NCBI RefSeq assembly: GCF_963506605.1
Contig: NC_083278.1
Coordinates: 36,580,001-36,644,000 of the forward strand
Length of the DNA stretch: 64,000 nucleotides
Source: Zootoca vivipara
Lineage: Eukaryota
Direction of reading: 5' to 3'
The notes below the pieces were generated by a model that saw only the letters and a program-made list of their open reading frames with translations, was not told the origin of the DNA and did no database searches. Positions within the stretch are counted from its first letter, which is position 1. Each line of letters begins with the position of its first letter. Below, in pieces: positions 27,501-39,500 of this stretch. A program made the position numbers and the translations under genes.

Positions 27501-30500
27501 CTTTTCTCGCGAGGAAGCCTATTCAGCATAAGGGAAAATCCCTTAAAAAAGGGATAACTTGGCAGCTATGAGTACCACAGGCCACCATTATGTTGGGGAC
27601 TTTGTGGCAGGTGCCAACCTACACAGTAAGCTGTTTTTACACGCTATGGTTCTTGTATGGAACCACCATCATGCAGAAGCATTTCTCGACATCCTATGAG
27701 GCAGCTATAATGTATGAAGTTGCCCATTCATAAATCATAGAATCATAGAGTTGTAGAGTTGGAAGGGACAATGAGAATCATCTACTCCAACCCCCTACAA
27801 TGTAAGAATATTTTCCCCAACATGGGGCTTTAACCACAACCCTGATATTAAGAGTCTCATGCTCTACGGACTGAGTTATCCCAGCTGTCATCCATCCCTA
27901 ACCTGATGACCTCCAGATGTTTTGGATTCCAACTCTCTTCAGCTCCAGAAACAACTGGAAGGCACCAGGTTGGCGAAAGGCAGTACAACAGGGTATCTGC
28001 TGAATACTGAGAATCTGTAGCATTTTAAGAGGGAAAATGTATTATTTAATCATAAATTCATATAAGAGAAAGTTACTCCCGATCATGCAGCTAGTTCAGT
28101 GCATGTTATAGTTTGGGGTGCAGCCAAGCAGTCATCTGAGAGAGTTATTAGGTGGTGAAATTGGTTTGCTTCCCAAAATAAGCTGACTAACTTTCCTCCC
28201 AGATTTCAATAAAGGTTGAAAATGAAACTGACCTTGCATTTAACATTTACCTTATCTGATTTTGGTCTACCGATGTTTACAGTTAAATTAAAATATGTGC
28301 AGCAAATATAGAACGACATTCAGAGAAGTAGGATGGAATAGGACACTTTATATAGATATATGTGTTTTCACCAGAAATAAATCATTGTAGTATGCCTTTA
28401 TACCCAATAATTCATATATGGAAAGGCCCAGGAGGTTAAATTACTTACAGATTCTGATGGCCGTGTGCCAACCAATGGAGCATAGACAACTCTGTATTGC
28501 TGCACTGGTCCTGGTGCAGGTTCCCATTGGACATTAAGACTGTTGGCTGTTGGGTTGTAAACTTGGATGCCTCTTGCTGTTCCTCTAATTACTGAATCAA
28601 AAATAATATAATATAGTTTTGAACTAAATAACTCCTTAGTTGCAGAGCCAGGTAGCAGGAGAGAGCAGCTATAAAATGAATGGACTATTCTAAGAATGCT
28701 GTTGCCAAGGGTTGGGGAATCAGTGGACTTCAGATGTTGTTGGGATTCTAACTACTATCGGCTCAAACTAGCATGATTAATATTCAGGGATGATGGGATC
28801 TTGAGTCCAGCAACATCTGGAGGGCTAGAAGTTCTCCAACCCTGTATTTTCTCTTTAACACCACAGTTAATTGGAAATAAATTCCATTTAAAAAATTGCA
28901 TTTATTTCCAAGTAAACATGGATAGGGTTGGGATGTAAAATAGTGTAATCCTATAGACATTTAACCTAGGAGTACATCCCACTAAACTACATAGACACAA
29001 ATAAGATTGCATTGAAAGCTCATAACATGGTGGCAGAGACCTTATCACTCAGAGGGATCTATATTCATGTTCTTATCCTACTCTGTATTAGAGAATTGGA
29101 AAATACCCTTTCACATTTCCCTGTCCATAGAGGGAAGTGTGTGCAAAAGGGCCTCAAAAGGTTTCATCTTAACTATCTGTACAATAGTATAATATGGTGC
29201 GGTTAACTAAGTTAATTAAAATAAGTGGGTTTAAGTAGCTCAGCACTGAATTGTGGCTCAAAGCCCAATGCCTTCATTATTTTATGAAAAAGAAGAAACA
29301 ACACAGTGTTACTTACAAGTTTTCCCATTGTCAGATGCTCGCCCTCCATCACCTTCTGGGTAAACAGGAATCACAGTTACTTTGTACTGTGTGTCAGGCT
29401 GGAGATTTCTTAGAACTGCATAATTTGTGTTGCCTGGAACAGTTGCCTGTTGGGTTACAAAAGGAAAAAAGGCAGAGGAAATGGTTTTATTTGGATATTT
29501 TCCACCATGTAAGGACTGATCTTCATGTTCAAAGGACAACAAGATGAGCCAGCTTAGCCCAGAGGTTCCAGAGGCAGAATCGCTATCTGGCAGGTGGGTC
29601 ACTGTTGCTTATTGGAAGGGAGAGGAGCATGGTATTGGGGAGTCTGGTGTGGTGCAAATGCTCCAGCAGAGCAAATCCGCAGCCCTGCCAGTGTGTCTGC
29701 ACCACTCTAACCTTCTCCATCTTCTTCCTGATATGCAAAAGAAATTCACCCACCAGGGGGGTAGAGTAGTAGCTCTGCCCACTCCAGCAAGCTGTTTCCT
29801 GCATGAAAGGGTTGCTGCATGTTTTAATCTGCCCAGCCAGATGTCAACAATGACTGCTCCCCACATCAAATGGGGGGCATACTTTGCGCGGACGCACACA
29901 GCACCCCTGATCTTACACAGCTCCTAGCAGTATTGCCTGGCATCGCCCCCCCCCCCAAGGCTGGGTACCTGGAGGTTCCTGCCCAACCTCGGACAGTCAA
30001 CCAATCATGGTGGGGGAGGCATTGCCAGGGGAGTTGGCCAGGTAGGGGGTGGGACTTCCCCACCCACACAATAGAGGGCACACATCGCAGTCGGCTCCAG
30101 AGCTTCTCCCACCCCACCCTCCCTCAGTTAAGCTTTCTTTTGCAGGTTAACTTCTTCTTCACAGGTATACTGGCGCTGCTATGTATTGGTCACTGTTAAA
30201 GGGACAGAACATTGGCAGGTTCTGCCTTCCCTGTAGCAAGGCAGTGGGGACTGTCATACATTGGTTCTGCTCCTTCCTCCTGGGCCGTGTTCAGAAAGTG
30301 GTGGTGGGGGATGAGTGCTCAGACCCCTGGGCTCTCACTTGTGGGGTGCCTCAGGGTTCTGTCCTCTCCCCCATGCTTTTTAACATCTATATGAAGCCGC
30401 TGGGAGAGATCATCAGGGGGTTTGGGCTGGGTGTTCATCAGTATGCGGATGACACCCAGCTCTACCTCTCTTTTAAATCAGAACCAGTGAAGGCGGTGAA

Positions 30501-33500
30501 GGTCCTGTGTGAGTGCCTGGAGGCGGTTGGAGGATGGATGGCGGCTAACAGATTGAGGTTGAATCCTGACAAGACAGAAGTACTGTTTTGGGGGAATAGG
30601 GGGCGGGTGGGTGTGGGGGACTCCCTGGTCCTGAATGGGGTCACTGTGCCCCTGAAGGACCAGGTGCGCAGCCTGGGAGTCATTTTGGACTCACAGCTGT
30701 CCATGGAGCCACAGGTTAATTCTGTGTCCAGGGCAGCTGGTACGCAGGCTGAAACCCTACCTGCCCGCAGACTGTCTCACCAGGGTGGTGCATGCTCTAG
30801 TTATCTCCCACTTAGACTACTGCAATGCGCTCTACGTGGGGCTACTTTTGAAGGTGACCCGGAAACTGCAATTAATCCAGAATGCGGCAGCTAGACTGGT
30901 GACTGGGAGTGGCCGCCAAGACCACATAACACCGGTCCTACATTGGCTCCCAGTACGTTTCTGAGCACAATTCAAAGTGTTGGTGCTGACCTTTAAAGCC
31001 CTAAATGGCCTCGGTCCAGTATACCTGAAGGAGCGTCTCCACCCCCATCGTTCTGCCCGGACACTAAGGTCCAGTGCCAAGGGCCTTCTGGAGGTTGCCT
31101 CACTGCGAGAAGCAAAGCTACAGGGAAACAGGCAGAGGGCCTTTTTGGTAGTGGCACCCGCCCTGTGGAACGCCCTCCCATCGGAGGTCAAGGAGATAAA
31201 CATCTACCTGACATTTAGAAAACACCTAAAGGCAGTCCTGTTTAGGGAAGTTTTTAATCTGTGATATTTTAATGTCTTTTGGTATTTTCGGGAAGCCGCC
31301 CAGAGTGGTTGGGGAAACCCAGCCAGATGGGCGGGGTATAAATAATAAATAAATCACATCTTTGGTGGTTTCAGACCTTGGGTGGAATCCTTTAGTCTTT
31401 CTTCCCTACAATGGGGGGGGGATAAGCAGTGACCCACCCACCCCTGCGGCAGTGATCCCAGGGTTCCCCGATAATGGGGTTGTTCTGAGGGGAGTCATTG
31501 ACCATATGCCAAGAGGCTGTCACTGGTCTCCCCTGTGTTGCAGCAAATTGGGGGGGGGGGCGCTCTGCTTGAAGAGACATTCTCCAGAGCCAGTCCAATC
31601 CCCACTCAATCTGGATAACCCTGATGTTCCCCAGATCCCCGGCTGGGGGCTGGGAAGGATAAACGCCCAAGGCCTCCCTACGTCTGAATCTTAAATAAGG
31701 TTGTGGCCAATTTTAATCCCATAGCACAGTGTTGTGTGTCTTTATTCCACACGGGAGCCAGTCTTGGGTTGGGGGGGGGGGTCTCCGCCTGTCTGCACAA
31801 TAAGGATTGTGCCCTAGCTTTCTCCCTGGCTTGCCATTGTTCTACGCTCATAGAGTAGGAGTCAAGCATATGAACTCCTCACCTGTACACTTAAGTAGTA
31901 CAGTCCCAAGAGGGTTGTACCATGCACAGTTTTCTGAATAGAAAATTCAGCTCTAAGTGGTGCCCCAGCCCAATTATGAAACCACCCCTAGCACAAACAG
32001 TTGCAAGTTCAGGGCAAGTATGAAGTATACAGAAGTAAATAGGAATACCAGTTCATCTGCACCTCCTGCCACTGGTGCATAAAACAACTTGTACTGACGA
32101 GGGTTCCCTTCAGCATGATCCCATCGAACATTCAATGTGCTGGTAGTTGGATCATAGACTCTGAGGTTCTTCACAGTGTTGAGAGGTTCTGAGATAAATA
32201 GATAAATAGAATGCATTGTCAGGCTCAGAGAATCTTACTATTGTGCATCATGTTGCCGTCTTATGTGAGTGGCTATGCCTAGCTTTGGTCAGTGACAAGT
32301 ACAGGTAACACTTTGTCTAACAACTACTCTTTGGACTTACAAACACTTGCAAGATGAATCTAGTCTGCCATACTTGAGCACAAAGGGAGTTGAAAAATAG
32401 GGGATGCAGTTCCTGGCTGCTGCTTTGACTCACAGGGAGGCTTAGGAAGGAAAGAACAGCTATTCATCCTTCCAACCCAACAGCCAGCCTGACATGCTGC
32501 TCATGGCATGACTGAGTTGCCACTTGTCTTGTGTCTTCACTCTCAAGGGATGGGGCAAATGTGCATTGTAGAATTGGAAGGAACCCTGAGGATCATCTAC
32601 TCTAACTGTCCCATATGGGGATTGAATCTGTGACCTTGGCATTATCAGCACCACGCTCTAACCAACTGAGCTATCCAGTTGTAAAATAGTGATGTAACTC
32701 CATAATGCAAATATGGGAAAGGATTTGTCAGTTCAGTTCTCGCTGTTTCTCACTTTTCCCAACTTAAATTCCACATTTTGCAGAAATTTGTGTTCATTTG
32801 TTTGTTTTTTTTAAAAAAATCCTCATGAAATTCATCAACATTTTACTGAAAAATTCTCTTAATAAATATATTTCATATGCATTTTGATTAATGTACACAT
32901 TTTTGCAAACAATTATCCCTACCTGCATTTTTGTATGTTTTTTTCACTAATGCATTTATTTTAATTCACACTTTCCATAATATATGCATTTTGGTAAAAA
33001 AAAAAAACCACAAACAAAGAAACACCGGAGAACTGCATCGCAAAATTTGGATAAATGTGAATTTCAAAGGCTATTCTCATATTGTTTTGGAAAGGGCAAA
33101 TTTTATAGTTTTTAGCCTTTAAATGACAACTGATTTGAATTTCTCCCCCATCCGTAGATGGGGGATTTATTTCCAGGTCCGAGGGCCACTTTTCCTTGTG
33201 GGGAACTTTCCAGTAACAGGCAGGGCTAGAGGCAAAAGTGCAGAAGCAATGGATTTGTGTCTAGTGAGCTACACTCCAGCCATGCAAAAATCAGAGGCTT
33301 CAGTAGACACACAAATCTCTATCCCTCCGTTCAGGCAAACAAGAAGAATTATCACACTGCAAAGTCACATTCCAGCCAGGGAAGAACATTTGAGGAAAGC
33401 ATAGAGCAGACCCTGTATGGTACATGGCTTGGGGAATGGCCATGGGAGAGCCTCACGGGCTAGATAGAATGCCTGGAGGCCACATTTGTTCCCAGGCCTG

Positions 33501-36500
33501 TGGTCATAGTGAAAAGACAGGATTAAAATATGACTAATAAATATTATTCGCCATCTCAACAATACCGTGTCCCTTATGACACATACCCCTTGAACTATTC
33601 CTACCATTTTGCCTTCCACTCTTTGGACTAGTGTACTTATCTACTTGATTCCCACTGTTAAGAAAAAAAGTTATTTCCATTCTGGATAACTACAAAGTAC
33701 AAATAAATGAATATCTGCACAAATAAATGAACATCTGTAGGGACTTCAACAAAGGAAAAGCCAAGTCTGCCAACTTTATAAGTGATTTAGCATTACTCTT
33801 GCATAATTCTTCACAAATGAGAAAACCAACGTTGTTTTACTTACTGGTTTTGCCACTGCCTGTCATTCGTCCCCCTTCACCTTCTGCATATATGGATGAA
33901 ACTGTAACACTATAACGTGTCTCAGGTTGCAGCTTCTGTAGGACAACACTGTTCTGCCTCCCTCCTACTGTGGTCTAAAAAACAATGGAATGAAATGTAA
34001 ATTGAAAGGGCAGGCGGCTAAATTCCAAAGATGCTGAAAGGATACAGTTTGTATATACTACAAGTATACAAGTTTCTGTTTTTCAGACAATACTGTCTGC
34101 CTAAGTCCTTCAGTGGATTAAAGAAAAAATACCAGAATTGCATTAGTCATTTGTTAAACCCATGTGAATAAAATTTTAAATGTTGAATGATCTGAGCTCT
34201 TTATGGATCGTCTTTCTTATTTCTACATATTAGTGAGTACAGATCTCCAAGTCCTCAATCTACAGCTAAAGGGCATATAAGGCCAATTCTGGTACCCAAA
34301 GAAAATTAACCTTGATGTTTATTGGAACAGCAAAACATGATGATTCCCACATTGTCCCATGATCTAAATGCTTTGTCTATGGGCTCCAAAGAAATATCTT
34401 CTGTTGTGGCCAGTTGGACAGATATTGTCAGCATTTACAAAGACCAGACGCTACAAAGTTCCTACATAAAAAGCATTTCCATAAAGAGAAAAGCATGTAC
34501 AAGTAATAAATGAACAAGTAATATAAACACACTAGGAAGCTGTGAATACACACAGCAAAATAAAAATACAAGAGTCCTGTTGGAGTAGAACAAATGACTC
34601 TCTAGTCAGCATTCTGCTCCCACAGTGACCAACCATATTACATACAATTGTGACACATGACAATTTAAAATAATCTGCATGCTTTTTCACTGTGGTATGT
34701 CAGAAATCTGCTATGTTTGAAAGAGCCTTTGGACAGAAAAACCCCAGTAAAAAGCAATCCTTGGCAACTGTTTGTTCTGCAGGCTCTGAGAAAGTGATAT
34801 TTGCTGGATTACATCTGAAAGACCACCATGAGTCATCTTGTGGGTTCTACTTATACAGGAAACAAATCCACTTTCTTTGATTTTGTAATATAAATACTTT
34901 TCTGCAGAACTGTAGAACATGAAAACAAAACTATCTGACAAGCTCATGTTTTCAAAAGCGGATATTTGTTCAGGAGCGCATTGCTGCTTTCCCCCATGAG
35001 AGAATAGTTTCAGAGTTGGTTACCGATTGTTCAGCACCATCGCCAGTTGTAGGTCGATAAGTGATCCTGTACCGCTGCACTCGTCCAATGGCAGGATCCC
35101 ATTTGACCGTCAGGCTATTGGATGTTGCATTGTATACCTGAAGGTTTCTTGGGGGACCTGTTGGAGCTGAAATGAATTTATGAAAGGGTTGTTTAGCAAA
35201 GAGATATAACAAACAACATACAATGGGTATCTGAAGAAGCGTGCATGCACATGAAAGCTCATGCCAATGACAAACTTAGTTGGTCTCTGGAAGGTGCTGC
35301 TGGAAGGATTTTTTTTTAACATATACATGACATTACTCAAAATCAGCAGCAGCCTCATTACCTTGGAATAACAATACACATATAGGGGCCTGCTGAGAAC
35401 AAAATCTACCCAACTGCAGAATTTGGGCAAGATTATATAAGACATATATAAGAAGGGGCAAAGGAGAATTGAATGGAAATGTTGCGTAGCGCTAAACATG
35501 ACTAATGGGGAGTAGAACATCACCAAATATACAAAAGTTGCTATTAATTCACCAAGTTGTCACTTTTTAAAAAAGCCACCCTATCCTTTGTATGAGTGGA
35601 AAGTACTTCAGTGGACACAACTTTTTTCTTCTGCCTGCATCACCTCAAACCACACACCCTCTGAAAAGCCTGCTGAAGTTCAGGCAAACCTCCAGAGCAA
35701 CACCCCACAATGCATGACAGAACCTCAAGAAGGGGCAAAGCCTGTGTACAGACAGGAGTACTTTCAGCAGTAGAAAATAAGGTAGTGGTATTTTCCCAGT
35801 AGTGATGGTGATCTCGGGGCAGGGGTGGGGGGACAAAGTGGCAGTGGTGAATTGGGGGAACTCTAGGATGGCAGAAGCTCTACAGGTGTATGTGTTAGGA
35901 TCTCCTACTCGTGAATGGCACCATTGCCTCTGCCTCTCTCCCCTTTTATGAGTCACCCCTAAGTATACTATATAGAAACATTGGCTTCTCTGCATCCTGT
36001 CTTGGCTTGAACTAGCTCTGTCTTATAGTATCTGTATAATCCTCATATATAAAATATTATTAATGAATTCAGGTTCTTACCTGCTGTTGTCAGAGGTACC
36101 TCGGGCACTATAGGAGGGGGAGAAGCACAAACAGGGCAAGTTTGCATTAAAAACATGTCTTTCATTTGAATACTATTGTTACAAATTGTAATCCATGTAT
36201 GAATGCGTTTCAGAATTTCTTACATGTGGTCTCACTGCCAATCAGTTCATCACTCTCTGATTCATCGGGATAAATTGCAGTAACTCCAATCTCATAGAGT
36301 GTGTCTGGGTTCAAATTTTCAAAAACTAGAGTATTTTCATCACCATTAAGAATTGTCTTTGGAAGTGACGGGGGTGGGGGGAAAGAAAGAAAGTTACTCA
36401 TTGAGTCAATATATTTAACAATTAACATTTTTCATGGACTAGAACAAATAATTTATAAACATTTTACTACTTTTTGAAACTAAGTTGTATTGCCTCTCTT

Positions 36501-39500
36501 TTCTTGCTACTGCATGAAAAAGCACATGAATCTGACTTTTGAAGAGTTTTTAAGTAAACCATTTTTAACTTACCAAACTTGTAGTCTCTTTCTATACTAA
36601 AGGAAGTGGGTAACTTTGGAAACGATTTAGAAGGGGATATTTTAAAGATCTAAGGGACCCAGGTGGCGCTGTGGTTAAACCACTGAGCCTAGGGCTTGCT
36701 GATCAGAAGGTCGGCGGTTCGAATCCCTGTGACGGGGTGAGCTCCCGTTGCTTGGTCCCAGCTCCTGCCAACCTAGCAGTTCGAAAGCACGTCAAAATGC
36801 AAGTAGATAAATAGGAACCGCTACAGCGGGAAGGTAAACGGCGTTTCCATGTGCTGCTCTGGTTTGCCAGAAGCGGCTTTGTCATGCTGGCCACATGACC
36901 TGGAAGCTATACGCAGGCTCCCTCGGCCAATAATGTGAGATGAGCGCGCAACCCCAGAGTCGGTCACGACTGGACCTAATGGTCAGGGGTCCCTTTACCT
37001 TTACCTTTTATTTTAAAGATCTAACAGCTTTACTTTGCTGCATGTTCTGCGATTTTAAATCTCTGCTGGGGATCATTCACTTTACCTCCCTCCAAGTAAG
37101 TTCCTTCTGCACACTGAAATGGAGAGGGTGAGGGAAGAGGTGGCAGTAAGATCAGCACACAGCAGCAACTCAGGCAGAGGGGGGTTAAGCGAGCAGTGCA
37201 ACCCCACCATACTATCCACTAAAATTGATCGCCAAATGGACCATTGCACAAAAAGTGCAATACTATCCTTGAGAACTCACTAACTGGATAAAGAGGAAGA
37301 TGGGGTGCCAGGAGGCAATATTAAATGAGCTAATCTATAGTTGCAAGGAGGAGAACACATACAGTCACTTTTGTATACAAAAGGATTCAATGTGTCTCCA
37401 GACTTAATGAAGAAACCGATTCCCTAGGTATCAAAAGTTTAGAAAACACAGTGGCCAGTTTAACATTTCCAGCAAACAGCATTAAGCACACAAAAAGGGT
37501 TTAAAGTGATTGATTTTGGGGTTATTGAAAAATTCTTACCTGTAGCTTCTCTTCACCAGGTGGTCCCCATTCTACTCTGTAGAGAGCTACATCAGGTGCT
37601 CCATGGTCCCAAGTACCTCTGAAACTTGTCTTGGTTACTTGATCAGTTCTTAGATTTTGTGGTGCTGGTACCGGTACTGTCAGGAAGGGGAAAGTAAGAA
37701 ATTACCTCACAAGAGGAAAAAAATCCTGCAAACTAAACATCACTAGAAATGCAAGGTTATATGCAGAGACTAATGTACCACATAAGGTGTTTGGCGTTTG
37801 GACACAAACCACATGGGGAATGTATAGAACAGTTTACATGCCATATACTCATAGGGTGAAATCCTTAATTTCTCTAGAACAGCACAGACTCTTTTACTAC
37901 AGTAGGATTGTCAGGCTCAGGTCTTTTTGCTCCACAGTCTGCACATTGCAGAATGCCACTACATCTGCCATGGCCAGAATCAGAATATGGCAAGACCGAA
38001 AATCTGCCTGGGGCCTATGGATAGTTGAGGAGCTCAACAAGCCCATTTTCACTCAAACTACAATGCATGGAAACAGGAGTTTTAACACCTCTTCTTCATC
38101 TTCCATAGTGCACTTCTCTATCTGTTCAACATCCTTCCCCCACCCCCACCCACCCCATGTTTGTGCCAGTGACGAAGTCTCTATTCACATCTTAACTGCT
38201 TCCAGACAGGGGTGGTCACAGAAACACAATCACAGTGATTTTTATCTATAAAGATTGTATGTGTATATAAGCTGTCTCAACAACATGCTTCCTTTATAAA
38301 CTTAGTGGTGCGCTGCAGATGAGTACTGGAACAATCCTACCCAGGTGAACTCTGTTAAGGTGGGTGTGCAGGGGCTTGGTGTACACGGACTACAGTGTCC
38401 ACAGTGTTCTGGCTGGGATATGGCCAATTCTATGTTGTCCCCTTTGGCCCTTTTCTCTGCCTTTATGAAACCTCTTCAGGTTTCTGGTCCTTGCCAGATT
38501 TTTTGTGTTGCTGCTTTTCCCATACTGCACATCCAACTTTGTGTTTTCTTTCCCTGTGTTCCTCATGAGTCCTAAACACCAGACCTCCAAGTGATCTGGG
38601 GTGCAAAAGTTCATGCCAGGTGTGCCCTACAAAATGTCCTCCCACTGTTATGTGAGTCTGCCATGCCTGTGGGCAGTGGCATGAACTAGCAAATGAAAAA
38701 GGTGATCCTTTGCAGCTTTCTCCTTGAGAACCAAAGGCACTATTCACAACAATATACCTGAGGAAAGCTGTACCAAAGACACTGTTTAGTCACCACAGTG
38801 GGCATTATGCTAATCCTGATGCTGTGCCAGAGAAGCTAATTAATCAATGCAGTTTCTGGCAGTGTGCCTGATAGGAGCTATTGCCAAGGATACTGCCTGG
38901 ATTTGAATCCATGATCTCATTGGTGGATACAGTTCCTATGTTAATGGCAGCATGCTTTTTGCTGCCCAATTTGTGGTTGCTACATATACTGTAGAGATGG
39001 GAGCTGCTGCTTTATCTTTTCATGTTTTCCTTCTGGCACCTCCCACCTAGGATGATGATAAGGAGAATAACCTAAGTCTCTTCCTCTAGAGTCATTCTGG
39101 TCTAGGCCGTTACTCTTTACAAAACTCAACATTTTAAACCCTACATTTCTTTAAGAATCTAACACAGCTATGGAGACTTTTTGGTACTCCAGATGTTGCT
39201 GAACTACAATTCCTATCATCCTTGGCCATGCTTGCTGGGGCTGGTGGGTGTTCTAGTTTAGTGACATTTGGTGGGCCAAAGGTTCTCCACACCTGATCTA
39301 AGAAAACCTATTAAGCAATAGATTTGACTTACAAGTGGTGCCTTCTGCAGCTACTGGCATAGATGGTCCTTCGTCATATACTGCAACGAGCTCAACATTA
39401 TAGAGTGTTTTTGAATAAAGATCAGGGAGAACTGTGCTGGTCTGAGAGGGATCCAATTCCAACTAGACATAAACAAAAAAGATTTATTAAAATGCTGCTT

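Noticed and set aside
26740-28448. Apparent missing exon or frame break between exons 35 and 37
   Set aside because: The exon is present at 26969-27098; it was simply absent from the ORF track.
29750-29765. CCACCAGGGGGG as a CTCF site
   Set aside because: It lacks the conserved C after the G run and lies in a decayed repeat; support is too weak.
30181-30894. 237-aa ORF with a YADD motif as a functional reverse transcriptase gene
   Set aside because: It is a 5'-truncated, frameshifted L2 LINE fragment; the start codon lies in unrelated flanking DNA.
32607-32678. tRNA-Ile(GAT) gene, and tRNA-Lys genes at 19801, 27820 and 53562
   Set aside because: Acceptor and T stems are broken and each is fused to a CR1-type tail, so these are SINE heads.
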